A stretch of 63,998 bases of DNA, filler included, from Streblomastix strix (taxonomy: Eukaryota), in assembly GCA_008636045.1 (NCBI GenBank). It is 3 parts of 3 records of this genome, joined end to end, with 100 filler letters (N's around TTAATTAATTAA, not from the genome) between each part and the next. Parts side by side here need not be neighbours in the genome. Positions count along the whole stretch, not along the records: positions 21,408 to 42,702 come from SNRW01000380.1; 2 more parts are not named here. One strand, 5' to 3'. The notes under the pieces were generated by a model. It saw only the letters and a program-made list of their open reading frames with translations. It did not search any database and was not told where the DNA came from. This document shows positions 24,160-39,939 of the stretch, one piece after another. Numbering within the stretch: the first letter of the stretch is position 1; every line of letters starts with the position of its first letter. Made by a program: the position numbers and the translations under genes.

Positions 24160-27150
24160 TCATTTAATCTTTCTTTTTTTTTAACGTCTATCTCATAATT
24201 CTTCTCAATATTCATCTCATTATCCTTTTCATCAGCGTATCCATTATCAACATTCGCTTACATATATCTCTTATAGTTTGCATTGGATATTTCAATATCT
24301 TCTTTACTCATCATTTTCTTTTAATTTCCTCTTTAATCTTCATTCAATGTAAATATTCTTATTTTTAATTTATTAATATATGGTCTTGATTCTGAGCACT
24401 TTTGTTCCAAAGCATTCTTATACGTTTTATTATCCAATTTGATGGTTTATATTAATTTGCAACTGATACTGGAATACCTTATTTGAACTGCTCAAAGTGT
24501 TCAATGATAATATCATCAACAGGAGATCTACAAACATTAATCAATTGATTTTTTGCCTTGGTCATAGGAATTAATCATGGTTTGAACTAAGAAAAATCGT
24601 ATTTAAGAAAATATGTCATTAAATTCTCATAGTACTCTTAAGTATAACCTTTATTTAATTTCTTAAAATATTTAATTTCTTCAGGATGTTCTTTAGTTAC
24701 TTAATGAACTGTCTAGTATGCACATATTAAATGACGTTTATCATCAATTTCCAGTTAAACAGGCATATCACTATTTGTTACATATATTACATTCATAACG
24801 TATTCAACAATTCTTCAAGGTTAATTTTTTTCATTAATTTTTATGGTTTAATCCAAAATTATTGATTTCATTACTATTGCAAAACCTTTCTTTGAATCAT
24901 TATAAATCAACATTTCATTTAATACTGAAAAAATCTCATATACAACTACTGAATTGGACTTTAGGGAGAATTCATCAATATTAATTATGTTAGAACAACT
25001 ATATCTATTTAGTAATTAAGCTATTACATCAGTGAATCAATTTTTGCCAATTAATTATTTTCCTTACAAAATGATTGCAGCTCTTGACTCTTTCCGGGAT
25101 TTTAAATCATTCATGCAATCCGATTTAGAATATATGCATTTACTCGTTCATCTCCTGCAGCAATGATTTCTTTAATTAAATCAATGTACATTTACAAACA
25201 ATTATAGTTAGTTTCATCATTCTCTAATCTCCTATACTTATACATTTAGAATGTACTGAGTATTATTAGATCTTCGCTTATGAATTTGCAGTTTTTCTTC
25301 GCAAACTTTGATGCATACTTCTTAAGGATATGTTTAGCAGTTTGGGGTTTAGATTCTTTTGGTTCATTATTCTTTTGATTAATTTTTTCACCACTTTTCT
25401 ATTTTTTGAAGCAGAAATTGATTTTCTCTAATTATTTATATGGCATTCTTTCAAATTTATGATACAAGACTTATGTGTCACAATTAGCATCATATCCTTT
25501 AATCGCATAAATATCTTCAGTTTCACATTCATAATATATTAGTTATCTTATTAAGCCCATCACCTTTTATTCTACATTTTCATATTCTCTATTAGTTGTT
25601 TTCTCTAACATATTGAGTAATGTGAAATCATCAGATAGATCAATCTTATTTAGAATCAATATTTAAACAATATTTATTTATTTTTCAACTTTCTTAGCTT
25701 CATTATTCTTTTTCAATAACAGTTTAATTGTATATTCATTTTAATCTTTGTTATGATATTTAAGGATTTTTGTTAGGATCCATATATTTGGTTTACGTTC
25801 GCCCTAACATAAAGCTTAACCATAATTCTTCTCAGCGTTTGGAATTAATGTATTAAATTTTTGAATATTCTCCAATCCTTAAGCTCTTATTTGTTCATTA
25901 AATATTACTTAAATTTCATTGAAAACACTTAATATTGATATTTTCATAACTATTGATTGAAGACATTTATGAATTGTTAAATTTTTCAGTATATCGACAC
26001 ACGCTTATGCAAGTTCATCATCCATTTTATCAATAGTTCCATCATTTGTAATTTATTAGCCATATACTCTTGTTATTTTTAATATTTCAAGTTCCGTATA
26101 TAAAATTTCAATATAAACATTCCTTGATTCTAATATATCTCTTAGATTCGCTAAATATGCCATGTTAGCACAGTCAATAATCGTTTCATACTTAAGTGTT
26201 TCTCTATCATTATTTTAGTTTTTCTAATGCTAGTGTTTGGACTATCTACATGATTTTACATAAGTTCCGTTTATGTTGGATCATCTTCAAATTTTTACCA
26301 TTTGTACATTTATGGATATATATTAATTTCAATGCTATCCGACACAATACATTTCACATATCAATTAATAAGCAGACGATATACATTTTTATTTCAATAT
26401 GCATATAATCCTCTGTGAGCTGTTCAACTAATCTAACATTAGCAGGTAGCATATTATCTATTATATTTTAACGAATTTCATCAATCTTCTTTTTTAATAG
26501 ACTCTTTTTAATATTGAAATCAATCACTCATAAATCGCCATCTTCTATCAATGTTAAATCAACTAATTTACCTGTAACTTATTTTTTTCACCTTCTTTTT
26601 AGCCAATTTTAGAATAATTTACTATGTTAACCATTACATCATTAATTCTTTCGTTAATAATTCTAGTCAATATCCCTGCTCTCATTTAAACGACATATTT
26701 CTCAATTATATTATCCAAGCTTTATCGAATAACATTATCCTTATCTTTTCGTCTTCTTGTACCCATTTTTTTTCTAATCAATATATCTCTTATTATTTCG
26801 CAACTCGTGTTTCCTGATTTCGTACAGCATTATTTTAATCATATAAAATTTTCTCATGTTTTTCTTTGATTATTTATTCATTTTTCTTTTCATTTGTCTA
26901 TATATTATTAGTTTCATTATAGAATGATGCGTTCACCATCTCATTAACGATTCGATTAACAATTTCGATTGCTTCTTATTTCTTTTCTTCTTTTGCTTTA
27001 ATCATTTGATCAGCTAATACTTTAGCAGCATTAACTGTTTTAGTCTTATGCAAATACTATTTTTTAGTCTCTTTTTCAATTGTCGCTAGTTAGATGTTTT
27101 GTTGGTTTGCCTCAACGCTTGAAGATTCTAAAGTTGATATTTTGGTTTAC
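24160..27150 (-). pseudogene. Decayed PrimPol plus SF3 (D5-like) helicase fusion; start approximate
   Basis: Relic motifs VIDFNI..., LVE/TAHRGLYAY, AIILQGKQLIGKN*FTDVI and LIPMTKAK align to 44215-46886. Many TGA codons and frameshifts. Confidence 0.75.
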
Positions 27151-28404
27151 AATTAAAATGATAGGTTAGATTATAAAAATAAATTTATTTAGATTAATCA
27201 GTTCATTAATCACTTCGTTAATTTCACACACCAATCCCAATTAAAACATACATAAGTTTGTTCTCTGAATAGTTAATTAAAAAAAGTGTTGCCCGAACGA
27301 CGAAAATGACAATATTTTTTCCTAAGACCAATCACAAGATTGATTATTACAAGTTATATTGTTCATTGCTGATTTTCATTATTCAATCATATTGCTTAGG
27401 TATTCATCTTCAATATCTGTACAAGATTGCTCAATAATTCATTAATGTCATTAATCTCCACAACTTAACTAATTATCTTGACCATTCAAATTATTTCATA
27501 AAACTAATATCAAAACAACACAAGCCATATTCACGGGTTCCAACAATTCATACCATAAGTTCCATAATTGCTGAACACCAATGTTTACATGATTATGGCT
27601 TAGGCAAATGAGGTTATTTTCTATGTTAGGACAGCACTCTTTTTAACTAAATACTAACGCATTCGTTGATTGTTTTATTTGCAGAAAATACTATTCTATG
27701 AATTTTCTCTAGATAAAATATTTATGTTTGAAAGGTTAGATCATGAATCATTCAAAGAAGATGAGGAATCGAAGGTTGAATTATTTCTATTAGTTTTAAA
27801 CATATCGATCGAATCATAGACTGTTTCCCTGCAATTTCAAATATAAACAGAATTAATAAAAAAAGAAATACTGATATGGAAAATTCGGTCAATTGTCAGT
27901 GAATTTTGTACTTCATACAATCCATTCAATCCTAATAATAACAAACTTAAAAAAAATTTTTAAAAAACTTGATATTTAATAACAAAAATATTTAGAACAT
28001 TAATTTCATTAAGGCAAAATGGGGTTTAAGTCATTTTAAAACTGTGCTTTTATTGTGTTTTTATTTCATTTTCAAAATTTTTACAATAATACAGTAGGTT
28101 TTATAATGCATTTGAATCTTGCATGAAGTTATGAGCAGCGTAGGAGCTATGCTTCCAAAAAAACACGATTATATTTTGAATGTCAACTTTGAACATTTAA
28201 AATTATATTTCATCTGTTTTTGTTTTTAAAATTATGAAATATTTACATAATCAGAAATCGTTTTCTCTGAGAGAGAATATGATTATTTTTTATTTTTTAT
28301 TTTAATAATGCTTTGCTTTGACTTCCTTTTATTCTAACATTATTTTTTACTAAATGATATATATATTTTATTTTATTTTATAATAAACATAGAATTTCAA
28401 CAAA

Positions 28405-31400
28405 ATGACGTATTCATAGCTGAAATCACTTCAATTTTTGCTACACGAACGAACAACGATGGATAGAATATCAGTAGGTTTAAATCAAAATTATTTTTTT
28501 ATTTTTATATTTATATAACCATTATAAAGAGAGTGAACTTGATCGAATTTCTGATGAACATTCACGACTATTGAAGTAAAGGCATGTTCTCGACCTAGAG
28601 TCTGCTACACTTGATTTGTTAGGTAAGATGATTACATAAAAGAAACCTGTGTTTGATTCACTTTCCAATGACATTGAACAATTCCAACACACATATCGCC
28701 AAACTGCCAATCCTCTTGGAAATTACGAAATTGTATGTAGTTATTTTTTGTGTTTATATAGATTTTATTGTATCATGCACACAGCGCTACTCGCACATGA
28801 TATGTATACTCCGGATGTTTCCACAACTTTTGCTCTAGATGATGAGTGAAGTTCCAAATTTAGATGATTTTATCAAGAATAGTATTATGCCATTATTCTG
28901 CTGCTCATTCTTAGGAAATGTTGCAAATTCTGGGTCTGATGGATCATCTTTGCATGGAAAGGGTGAAATTCTTTGCGCTCACCCTGTTATCGAGGATGAG
29001 CTACTTCTCCGCCTTGTAACTGTATGACTGCACTTAATTTCTTAACCAATTTTTAACTTAATCTCAACAGCTTGCCGTGAGTTAAGAAGTTAATAGCAAT
29101 ACTTCATCGAACTTTGCAACACTATTTCGTACAGATTCTATGGCTACTAAACTGTTGACTTGTTATGCAAGGTTTGAAAATTTCTATCATTTTGTAATTA
29201 AATATATTATTCCATTTAATGAATATTCATAGAACTGGTGAAGGAATATCTTATTTGCGGGGTGTTCTACATAAGCCCATTAAAGATATTATATCAGATC
29301 CATCACTGAATCTGGAAATTGATCCTATAACAGTATGAAAAATCAATAGTTCTTTAGCATTGAAATTATTCTTATATATTATTTATTAGATACACAAAAA
29401 TATTAATACTAAATCGCAACCATCAGTTAATGCAGGTGAAGCTCTCTCAGATCCAAAAGTAAGATTAATAGTTAAAAAGCATCGTCTACAGTTAGAGAAG
29501 GCAGTTGCATCAATATTAACTTCAATATTTGATACAGTTGCTTTGATACCATTTGGAATCAGATTTCTTGCAAAAGCAATTGCCAATTGTGTTTCTATGC
29601 GTATGTTACAAAATGCAATGCATCTCAATACTGAAGAAAGAAACAAACTCATTGGTGGATTTTTCTTCCTTAGATTTATCACACCAGCTATTTAGAATCC
29701 AGTTAAGGATGGTATTATAAAAGAATTAATAGTTGATCCTTCAAAAGATACTCATTCTAAAAGTAAAGGAATTGGAAAGAGTGCAGAAAAGTAAGTATTA
29801 AAACTTAAAACTATTGCTGATATTACTCCATAAGCTCGTCGTAATTTAACATTGATTGCTAAGGTTATATAGGCAATTGTTAATGCATCTTCAGAATTAT
29901 TTAGTAAAGAGCCATATCTTACAATGTGCGAATCCTTCTTTAATGTTACAAGGCCACTTCTTACTCCATTCTTCTCAAGATTAATTGATATTGGAAAAAT
30001 GAAAACATTAGTTGAATAAGTTGATGATTAAATTTATTAAAATTAAGGATTAGATAAAGGAATTAATGCTATTTTTGGTTAATCAAAAAGAATGAAAGCT
30101 TAATATGCAACAATGCAATTGGATGAAATTAAATCATTTGGAACTGTCCTAGCTCCAATTACTTCATAACCAATCCTATGTCCAATATTTCATTCAAATC
30201 AAGATTAGTTAAATTAAGAATAAACATCCGATGAAAAAGCTAGTACATCAAATACATTAAGAATTAAAACTCAAATTTCCCCGACTTCATATTAATCTTA
30301 ATTCACACCAGGAGTATTTATCCGTATAAAAATAGAATCACTATAATTTTTTCATAGATGTCTTCTTAAATAGGGTGGAACTTTCCCATCTGAATCTGTT
30401 TGTGAAAGAGTAGTAAAAAATTTAGGTATTCAGATTCCAACATTTAACATAGATTAGATATATAGAAAACGTTAACCACTTAAACAACTTTAATAACCAA
30501 AAGGAATAAATGCCTTTAATGCAGCACTTGCACCATAAACAACTGATATATCAAGTGAGTATTGGAGAAGAAAGACGTTAATGCTATAATTAGAAAAGCT
30601 TAGAAACGATGAAGATGGAAAAGGGTATGATTAAGTAGTTGATAATGATTAAGGTATTCTGATCTATGTTCCATACACGATCTCATTTACATCAGATTAA
30701 TCCACTTCACAACCATAATATCCTTCATTATACAAGAAACCAGTTCCTCCTGCTCCTCCTCCAATGCCACATTTAATTGGGGAACTTTAACCATCATCTT
30801 CATAATAATCTCAAATTAATAATTATGGAATTCATACAAGAAAACATCTGACAGCTTCATCACCATCTGGTTTATTATGCAGAAGCCACCTATTATGTTC
30901 ATTCTCATCATTTCCTGTATGGAATCCTCTTCATCGCATTTGGATCGAAGTATTCTAATTAACTCATTGGAAAATGGAAGGATCGGAGTTATCAAAATGT
31001 TATGGCATTCATATTGCTCCTCAGTTAAAAGCTGAACATTAAATAAAAGAAGGAGATCCTGACGATCCTCTTAATAAGTTAATAAATCCAAAAGAAAAAG
31101 GAAAGGAAGACTTTTCTAAATTATTCACTTCCATAATTGATTAAGCATAATTAAAGACAAATAATAGTCTTATTACTGATACTTAGAAATAATAGCAATA
31201 ATCTCCAAATGATAACACATTATTATATTAACTTGAACTTTCAATGCTACCATTAACAGCTGAATTATTAACATCTGCAATATCTTTCCTTAATTAATAT
31301 TCATCGACAATAACTTGTACATGTGCAAGAATACCTCTTTCTCTTCCATCTACAATGAATGGACCTAAAGATGGTTCTGTTACAATATCTGATTCTACAT

Positions 31401-34400
31401 TCGCTCATATTGAACCATTTTATGTTAATCCAGCTTGTTTCTTTAATATTTATAGATAAGAAATGATTATTCCATCTATATTTCCAGTGAGATTAATTGG
31501 AAATGAGCCTCCCAAGCCAATATATAAATTAGGGAAAAAAATTACTAATGGAAAGGATAATGAAATATAATCATAAGATGATTAATAATCAGATGATATT
31601 CTTCCAGCTATTTGTGATAAATTTAATGAATAAATATGGGAAGGATTATTTATTTCATCTCGTAAATGGAATCGTGAAGGAAAAAGACTATAAAAGAAAG
31701 CAGAAAAGAAAGGAACATCTTCTTCTACGACACCTTGTTAAGTGAAAAATAAGAAATCAAATATTTATTATGAATATATATTATAATTAAGAAAAGATAA
31801 AAATTAAAAAGACTTCATTTAATAACTTGCATAAGAATCATGCTAGGAGATTCTTGGATATACTGAATTCACATAAACTAAAAAGTAAGACAATATTAAT
31901 GATGGATTAAGTTTAAAAAGTGATAACACACTTACATAATTAAATAAATCAACATCAGAAAAAATTCTTCCAGTATCTAAACCCAAATTGAATTTATTAC
32001 CGAATTAAGCTTTATAGGATATTAAATAGAGAGATAATGCTAATATTCAACTTGCTACTCGATTGAGTGCCACTGTGCGTTTTCTATCTTCATTCATGAT
32101 TCTTCTTCCACATTCAATACCATTACCTCCTCCTTTAAGCTAACATTATTTAATGCAAAAGAAAGGGGGATGGAATATGTCATTCTTAAAAGGATCATCA
32201 GTTGCATATAATGGTATTGAAGATGAATAATAATAAAACAAAAGAATTGATGATGATGATTATGGAATTGGAAGTGAAATAAGTGAGTATTTTGATGATG
32301 ATTAAGATAACATAAAATCAGAAGAGAGTATTGAATAATTAGAGAAATTATCTAAATTCTCAGAAACTGGGTCATCTGAATAATAAAGAGAATAGAAGTG
32401 GAAAGATGCTTGGTCTAAATGGGAAAGAAATGAAGAGAAACAGGAAAATGAATTAGATTATTGGAAAATAATACTATAGGAATAAAAAGGATTTGGCGAA
32501 TTTGCTTATGCTGATTTTAATTCGTAATTATAATTGAAATAAGAATAAGAATTAATTTGGAAGGCCAGGAATTCTAGTGAAGGAAATGGAAGTTTTAATC
32601 AGCCTATTGTAGATAATGAAAGAAGATATAGCGGAGGTGAAATACCATAAAGAACTCTATCATTTGGAGGAAGTGTTGGTGGTAGATTAGTTGATGGAAT
32701 TCCAAGATCAGAGTCAGATATTTAAGGAAGGACAAATGCAGGGTTGGATTATGGCAATTTGATGCCACTCGCTGATTAAGCAAACTTAAAATTCTATTTA
32801 AAAGTGACTCCATTAATAACAGTAGCTGGTGAAGAAGGATGGAGAAGAAAATATTGCAGAATGATTCCAGATGGGAAAGAATATTTTATTGATGAAGATG
32901 GTATGGGGGGTGATGATGAAAATAATAATATAAATGATCAATAAATAAATAATTAAAATAAGAGTAAATTTCAAACACATGATAAAGATGATTCAACTGA
33001 TGGAGTAATATTTGAAGATGAAATATCAAATCCAGAGTTGGTTGTAAAATAATAAAAAACTGGAGGATTAATTAATTCATATATTAATTAAGGATTTGGA
33101 ATTGGACAAGGAATTAGACCAAATACTGGCTCAATTTCAATTCCAGGAAAATTGGAAGAAAAAGGAATAGAAGAAGAAGAAGAAGATATTTCATGTAGCT
33201 CTGGAGATGAATATTGGCGTCAATGGAATATTAATACAAGAAAAGAAAGAAAGAATAAATCTAAAGCAGGATTTGAGATTAGTGATGTTTCTTTATCATC
33301 TGCATTCTTTTTGCCTCCTGAACTTAGGCCCGAAAGAAACTTCCGTCAAACTGGAATTTCACTTTCCATTGATCGAGTTTTAGGTAAAACAATTGGATCA
33401 CAAATAAGAACTTCAATTAAACCAGCCAATTATTTATCTGGCTTAACACAATCATTATCTGGATTGAATTTAAAGAACGAAGATAAAGAATAGAATTATT
33501 TTGATGTTTCTAGATCTTTAAAATAGCCTCAGTGTGATAAGATATAAGGATAATAACCTCTTTGGACTAAAGTTCTAATTGATCATCCAATTGTATTTGC
33601 ATTAAAATCAGCTATTATTGAAGAAGGAGTATAAATAGATGAAGTTGAGAAGGTTGAAATTGATAAACCATTGAGATAGAATATATTTATGAAACCTGTT
33701 AATGATAAAGAAAAAGAAAAAGTGAAAGTTTCTGAACCTAAATAAAGAATTTGGGAAATATTAGAAGAAATTGTTTTTGATCCAAAATATAATAAATCAG
33801 AGTTAATTTAAGTTATAAACTCACTATCATCTTAATAAATTAATGAAGATTTAAAAGGTTCTAACAATATTAAATAAAATTCTTCTAATATTTAAAATGG
33901 ATGTTTAAGCAAAGGATAATAGATGCTTCTCAAAGGATTAATTCTTCTTGCTTCAATGCCCATCAATTGCATGAGACTTCCAACACCTGGATTAATATTA
34001 TCATCTAAATCAGTTATACATCCTCCACCAAGTGATTTTGCTCCTCTTATTAATACCATGCTCAGACTATTGGCAAGATCCCGCGCTTCAATTCGTCCAA
34101 AAGTGTTCAGTCTTCCTCATTTTGCTGCAGAAAATAGAGTTTTAGCAAGAAGAATTGCTGCATAGACAAATGATTGTAGTATGCTTTATTTATATGAATT
34201 CCACAATTTTATTTTTTTTGATAGGAATATTTTCCCATTAATTAATTAATTAATTATTACTATTATTAAATTTATTGCATTTAATAGTTACATAGACAAT
34301 TGTATTACACACAAATGCTAAGATTGTCTTTAGGATGTTGTATGATTCTCAAAAAACTAAAATAAGTAAAGAGAAACTTAGTGAATAAATGGGATAAGGA

Positions 34401-35405
34401 GAAGGATTGTGGAATTTGATGTAGAGATGTTGGAGAACAACAGGAATAAGAGCATCTTAATAAGGAGGAGTTTATTTAATTGTTGGACCATAAATTTGGA
34501 CATTGAACAATCTTAAATAATTTGGTGTTATTGATTAATCAAAATAAGCATAATGGGATTAATATTGGGAAAGAACAAAAGAGGAATACAAAAAGGAGAA
34601 AGATGAAAGAAAACGTTCAAAAGCAGAAAAAGATCTTGAAGCAAGTAAATAAAATATAATATTTAATTTGTTTGCAGGGAATAGATTGCCGAAATTAGTA
34701 ACTGATGAAGATCAGTATGCAGAAGTATGTCGTAATTTAATAAAAGAATCAGATGAACCCAATGGACCTCCCATTGGCTTAAATCTTGGAGGAGATGAAC
34801 CTGAAGGATCGTGGCCTGGAGCAGCAAAAGCAATAAGTAAACTTGGTTGGGGTGGTCCACTCGAAGCTGAGATCCATGAAGTAGAAGATGAGCATAATGT
34901 TTAGAATAGTGAACGTCGTAGAAGAGAAGAATTGTTTGGATCATCTGTTGCAGTGCGTTCAAAAAGAAGATTTACTCCATGTTCCTCTAGATTCTTTCTT
35001 CCAATAGATCCTCCAGTTGAACCAGATATGCCAACGACTGATTTATCAGAAAAAGAAAAGAAATAAAGAAAGAAAGAAAAAGAAAAGAAAGCTGTTGATG
35101 AAGGAGATTCATCCAGAGCTCGGCTGATTGTATTCTCACATTCACCTCACTCTCTGATCATTGTATATACGCTTCACTCTCAGCAGAGCTCGTCTCAGGC
35201 AATAGCATCTGCTGCAGGACACGACTCATTTGAAAGAGCACGTCACACACCTGGCCGTCATACATTTGTCGTAAATGCTGGTCGTCTTTGTGCTGCAGCT
35301 GTTGAGAATGATTGTCTTCGCATCGGCGGTTTTTGTCTAAACACTGCTAGATTCATTGCGCTTTTATCAACTACTTTCTTTTCAACATCACAATAACCAT
35401 CCTGA
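28405..35405 (+). CDS. Host RasGAP-domain protein with an IQGAP/RasGAP_C-like C-terminus, multi-exon
   Basis: LFRTDSMATKLL (~29124), IGGFFFLRFITPAI (~29651), RRNLTLIAKVIQ. Short GT-AG introns. C-terminus LNTARFIALLSTTFF. Confidence 0.85.
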
Positions 35406-35628
35406 AAAACAAAATATAATCATAGCTGGAAATTCAAATCACACCATTTTTTATTATTCCTTATAAATATTATTAAATGAATAAGGAAATGATTAAATAA
35501 ATATTGAAATAAGTCATTTATTTGTTTTAATCTGATTCATAATAACAATAACCAATAAAATATTATGCTTAAATTTATTTCAAATTTTTCAATTCTTTTT
35601 ATAATGCCATATTTATATTATTACTTAA

Positions 35629-38600
35629 TCATTTTGATTAGTCCAGTTAATAAAATGACTCAACACTTATTCGATTAGAAAATGCGAGTTACTTTTATTA
35701 TGTGGGTGGACTTGAACTACCAAATGAAGTAATAGATGCTTTTGAATTAACAAATTCGTGATTTAAAGGAGTATGCTATGAATGTACAAAATTATTTCCA
35801 CTTCTTGTTGTTAAGCTGTTATCGTAACTATTTGAAAATGTCTTTTATACCTAAGCTGCAATAGTAAGTCTTGGAGATGATGTGCTTTCTGGTATATTTT
35901 CACTAATCTTCTAATTTCTTTCAATTAAATGATGTTTAGTTGAATTCGAATGAGGAGATCCTTCTGAATTGTACTAATTTGAGAAAATTTGTGTAGAATC
36001 ATTAAGATTTCTTATTGAAAAAGTTATTTATTTTTAAGCAATTGGTTGTTCTTGATAGGGAGACTACTGATGAATATATGGTGAAGATTCAAATGGAAGT
36101 AATGGATACTTTAAATTACCTTCATCTATTGAACTACTTGTTCTACTAGAACTAATTGACCTTTTATTTTCATTATTATTTATTGAATGAAATGGAGTTT
36201 GTTATTTTTCATCAGCTGAAAGAAATTTGGGAGGAGACTAATAATTATAGGAATAATTATGATGCTATTTTGATTAAATTGTATTTTCTTTTTCTTAGTA
36301 TCCCCTATCTGAATTAATTTTATATTTAAGGATATTATTCTAATCAAATTAATCCTTTTATTACTTATTTTCTTATAATTGTTAATTTGAGAAACTTTAT
36401 TAAAAAATGAATAATTAAGTTTTTTATTCTTTATTTTCCTTATGAAGTTGGTTAATTGAAGAACATAATTTAATTATTTCATTTTTAACTTCTTCAGTTT
36501 CATCACATATTTATTAATATCTACTTGAATGAATATGAACAGATTTTTAATTATTATCAATTTGAGATTAATAATCTAAAGATTGAGAGTTAGAATGTAT
36601 AAGAGATGAAGAATTAGAAGATATAGATTTTAATAATTCTTATTTAATGAATTTAAAAGCATTCCATAAAACAATGAATGCTTATTTAGCTGCTTAATAT
36701 TTTTCAAATAAGTCATTATTACTATTATTAATATTATTAATTTCTTCTTTTTTAAATTAATTTACTTCATCTGTATCTTTCTTTTAATTTATAAAATTTA
36801 ATGGTTTATCATTACTAAATATATTTTCACTATAATAAAGTGCTTCTTATCTTAATTGGGTAATTGATTCTTTAATGATTCTCATTATCTATTCTATTTA
36901 ATTAAATATATAATCTTCTTCTTTATCTCTCCATAAACTTTATTTTTTCTCTTATTAGTTATTTAGTTCTATTTAAGATATAGCATTTTTAGAATTCAAA
37001 TTCGCACCATTTACAAATTATTATTATTATAATTAATTAAATTAGTCGTACATTTAATTAATTAATAATTGTGTAGTAGATTAAGAGGGTATAGATTTCT
37101 CAATTATTTAATTATTTTAATTGATTTAACGAATATCTTTCATGGATCTAAATTCTTTTAATCCTTTAAGAATTTCTATTAAAGATTGTGATGTTTATTT
37201 AAGTATAATTATATGTTATGTTAATTCTTTTTTTGTATTACTATGTATTTATTACATATTTTAAACCTATTTAAGAGCCTCAACTGCATTTTCTGTTTCT
37301 TATTTAATTAGAATTCTAAGTATAGATTCTTTTTAATTAGCTTTCTCTTGAATTTCCTATAATTCATATTATTACATTCTTTATTCATATTAACTAGGTT
37401 TTTCTATATCTTTGTTAATAATTGATTTTATATTGATTTCATGCTATTTGGCTTCATATTCTAATCTTACAATATTTCTTTCTTTCTATTTTTCTTCTTC
37501 TAATAATTATTCCCTTTCAGATTCTCTTTCTTTCATATATTCAACTTTCTCTCTTTCTATTCTTAATAGTCTCTAAGTTCTTTATGATTCTTCTTCTGCC
37601 CATTTCTTTTACATTTATGATGTTTATAATTATGATTCAAGCTCATCAATTCTAAGTTAAGAAATTGTCTATTCTAACTGATTTTATTTATTATTATCAA
37701 TATTTGGATTTACAGTTTATATATTTTATTAATCTATCCTTCTATTCTTTTATCTAATTAATTTAATATCTTCAAAATATTATTTATTTTCTTTATTTAA
37801 AATATCTTTCTCATATTCAATAACTTTAATTTTATCTTATAATTTCATACATTATTATTATTCATTATAAAGTTTTGATTGCGTTTATTGAAGAGATATT
37901 TCATTTTGTTATAATCTATCTTCAATGGATCTTCTATCAAGATCTTTTAGTTATTATTATTATTATAATTATTTTCTTTCCTATCCTAATTGAAACTTTT
38001 ATTCATATTTTTCTTCATTCATTAATCTTTCAATTTATTTTATTTCATTTTATTACCCCTTTCCTTTTTAATTATTTGAAAATAATATTTATTCATAATT
38101 GGTCTTATTCTCTTTTTCTTTCTCTAGTTCTTTCATTCAAATTTATTATTATTATAATTAAATATCAAGATTTCTGTTTTTCATTTTTTCATATTCAAGA
38201 TCTTTTAGTATATTTTTGTATTATTAAGTGATATAGTTCATTTCTTCATTATCCTCTTAGTTCAAAGATGATGCGAATGTTAATTCTTTATTTTTATTCT
38301 TTATCTAATAACTATTTTAACTAAAATCTACTAAATTCAATTATTAATCCAATTAGTAATTAATATTTTAATTTTGTTATCCTTTTATTATTTCTTCTTC
38401 ATCTCTTATTTTCTATTAATCTTTGTTTATTTTTTAAATTTAATTAATTAATAATGTAAATTTTAATTTTAATTAGCTAAATGTTCTTTCAATTTTTATA
38501 AGCCATTATGAACTATCTTCACCTTACTAAACAGGATGGTCATTAATTAAATATAAATCTTTTTCACTTATAAATGTTGATAATAGTTCATATATAATTG

Positions 38601-39480
38601 TTTTATTAGTTGATGAGTCAATTTATTAGCAAACACTTGTTCATTCTTCTCTTTCAAGCATTTATATTGTAGACTTAATTAATCTTTCTATTTCTAATCT
38701 TTCTCTGGTTATTTAATTAATAATAATTTTCATTTTTGTATTTTATTCTTCTTAACAAATCTTTAATTAATTTTATGAATTTTCAGGTGAAATTAATTGT
38801 TTCCGAATTTAAGTCAATTCTTTTTCATTTTCTTTCTCTTTTTACTTTAATATTTCAATCTCTTTCTATCTCTCTTATACTTATTGTTTTGAATTTTCTC
38901 TTTCAGTTATCAATTCAACTTCCAATCCTTATAATGCTCTGAGTTATGTACGAATATCAATATTATTTTATATACATTATGAAAGTTCATTTTTAAGTTA
39001 ATTTAATGCATTTTCATTATTTTAAATGCTATTTTAATTATAAAATAATTATAACTTTTATAATTCAGCATTTTCTTCTTTTAAGGATTTAACAACACTC
39101 TCAAGAACTCTTTTTTCTCCTTATATTTCTCTAAATTTTAGTTATTCTTTATCTAATTAATCTTATAATTATTTAAAATTATATTTTTCTTACTAAATAA
39201 CCATTTTCTCTCTTTCTAAATCTTTTGTTTTGTTAACAATGTCTTCTCTGTTATTTTCAAGCATTATCTTTGCTTCTGCAATTTCTGATTGAATTCTAAG
39301 CTTTTCAACTCACATTTATTCTTCTTATTCACGAAGTTTAGCAGCCCAAAAAGCAAACAAGTCAGATGGTGATGAAGGTGAGATTTGAATATTTGACGAT
39401 AGAGGAGAATCTATAGAAACAATCCTTCCTTATATTTCAATTCCAATTTGTGGGATTGCATCATCTGAATGTTCTTACAT
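35629..39480 (-). CDS. Host long coiled-coil protein (~1283 aa, apparently single exon)
   Basis: Start and stop share a frame; spot checks show an open code 6 frame. E/Q/K-rich heptads and a Ser/Pro-rich tail. Confidence 0.75.
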
Positions 39481-39939
39481 ATTTTCTGAGTGTGCAATAG
39501 TTGTAAGTAGAAAAAAATGTAAAATAATTAAAGTCTAATAATTATTAAAATAGAATAATTGAAATAGATCAAAAATATTTTATCTGATAAAATTAATTAA
39601 TTATCATCAAATCTGACTCTAATGTTATTTAATTCTAACATCGTAAGCAGAGGAAAAAATCTCGGAATTTATTGATCTTAAATACATTATATTGGACTGT
39701 TTATCTTGAATGTTTCTGTAAAGTTTCAAGATACAATGAAAATATACTTGAAATTTGTGAGAAAATTTGAAATACATTTAGAATTGGAGGTTTATTTAAC
39801 CAATTTTAAAAATTTATCTTAGCCAATTTTATAGTAATTTTGAGCCATGAGTTGAAAATAAGTAATTTAAATTATATAAATTCTAATTTATTATTCGATG
39901 CCCACTCTGGCAACGATTTAAACTTTGAAACCTGTTTAA

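Noticed and set aside
21712..27150. TGA = Trp/Cys recoding in the second and third elements
   Set aside because: In-frame TGAs come with frameshifts and degraded catalytic motifs, and they replace different residues, so decay is the simpler explanation.
27200..27860. Possible hAT transposase remnant on the minus strand (CLSHNHVNIGVQ)
   Set aside because: Only a weak single-motif resemblance in frameshifted sequence.
37875..38942. Hydrophobic plus-strand ORFs from the track as membrane proteins
   Set aside because: They are antisense shadows of the Glu/Gln/Lys-rich coiled-coil gene.
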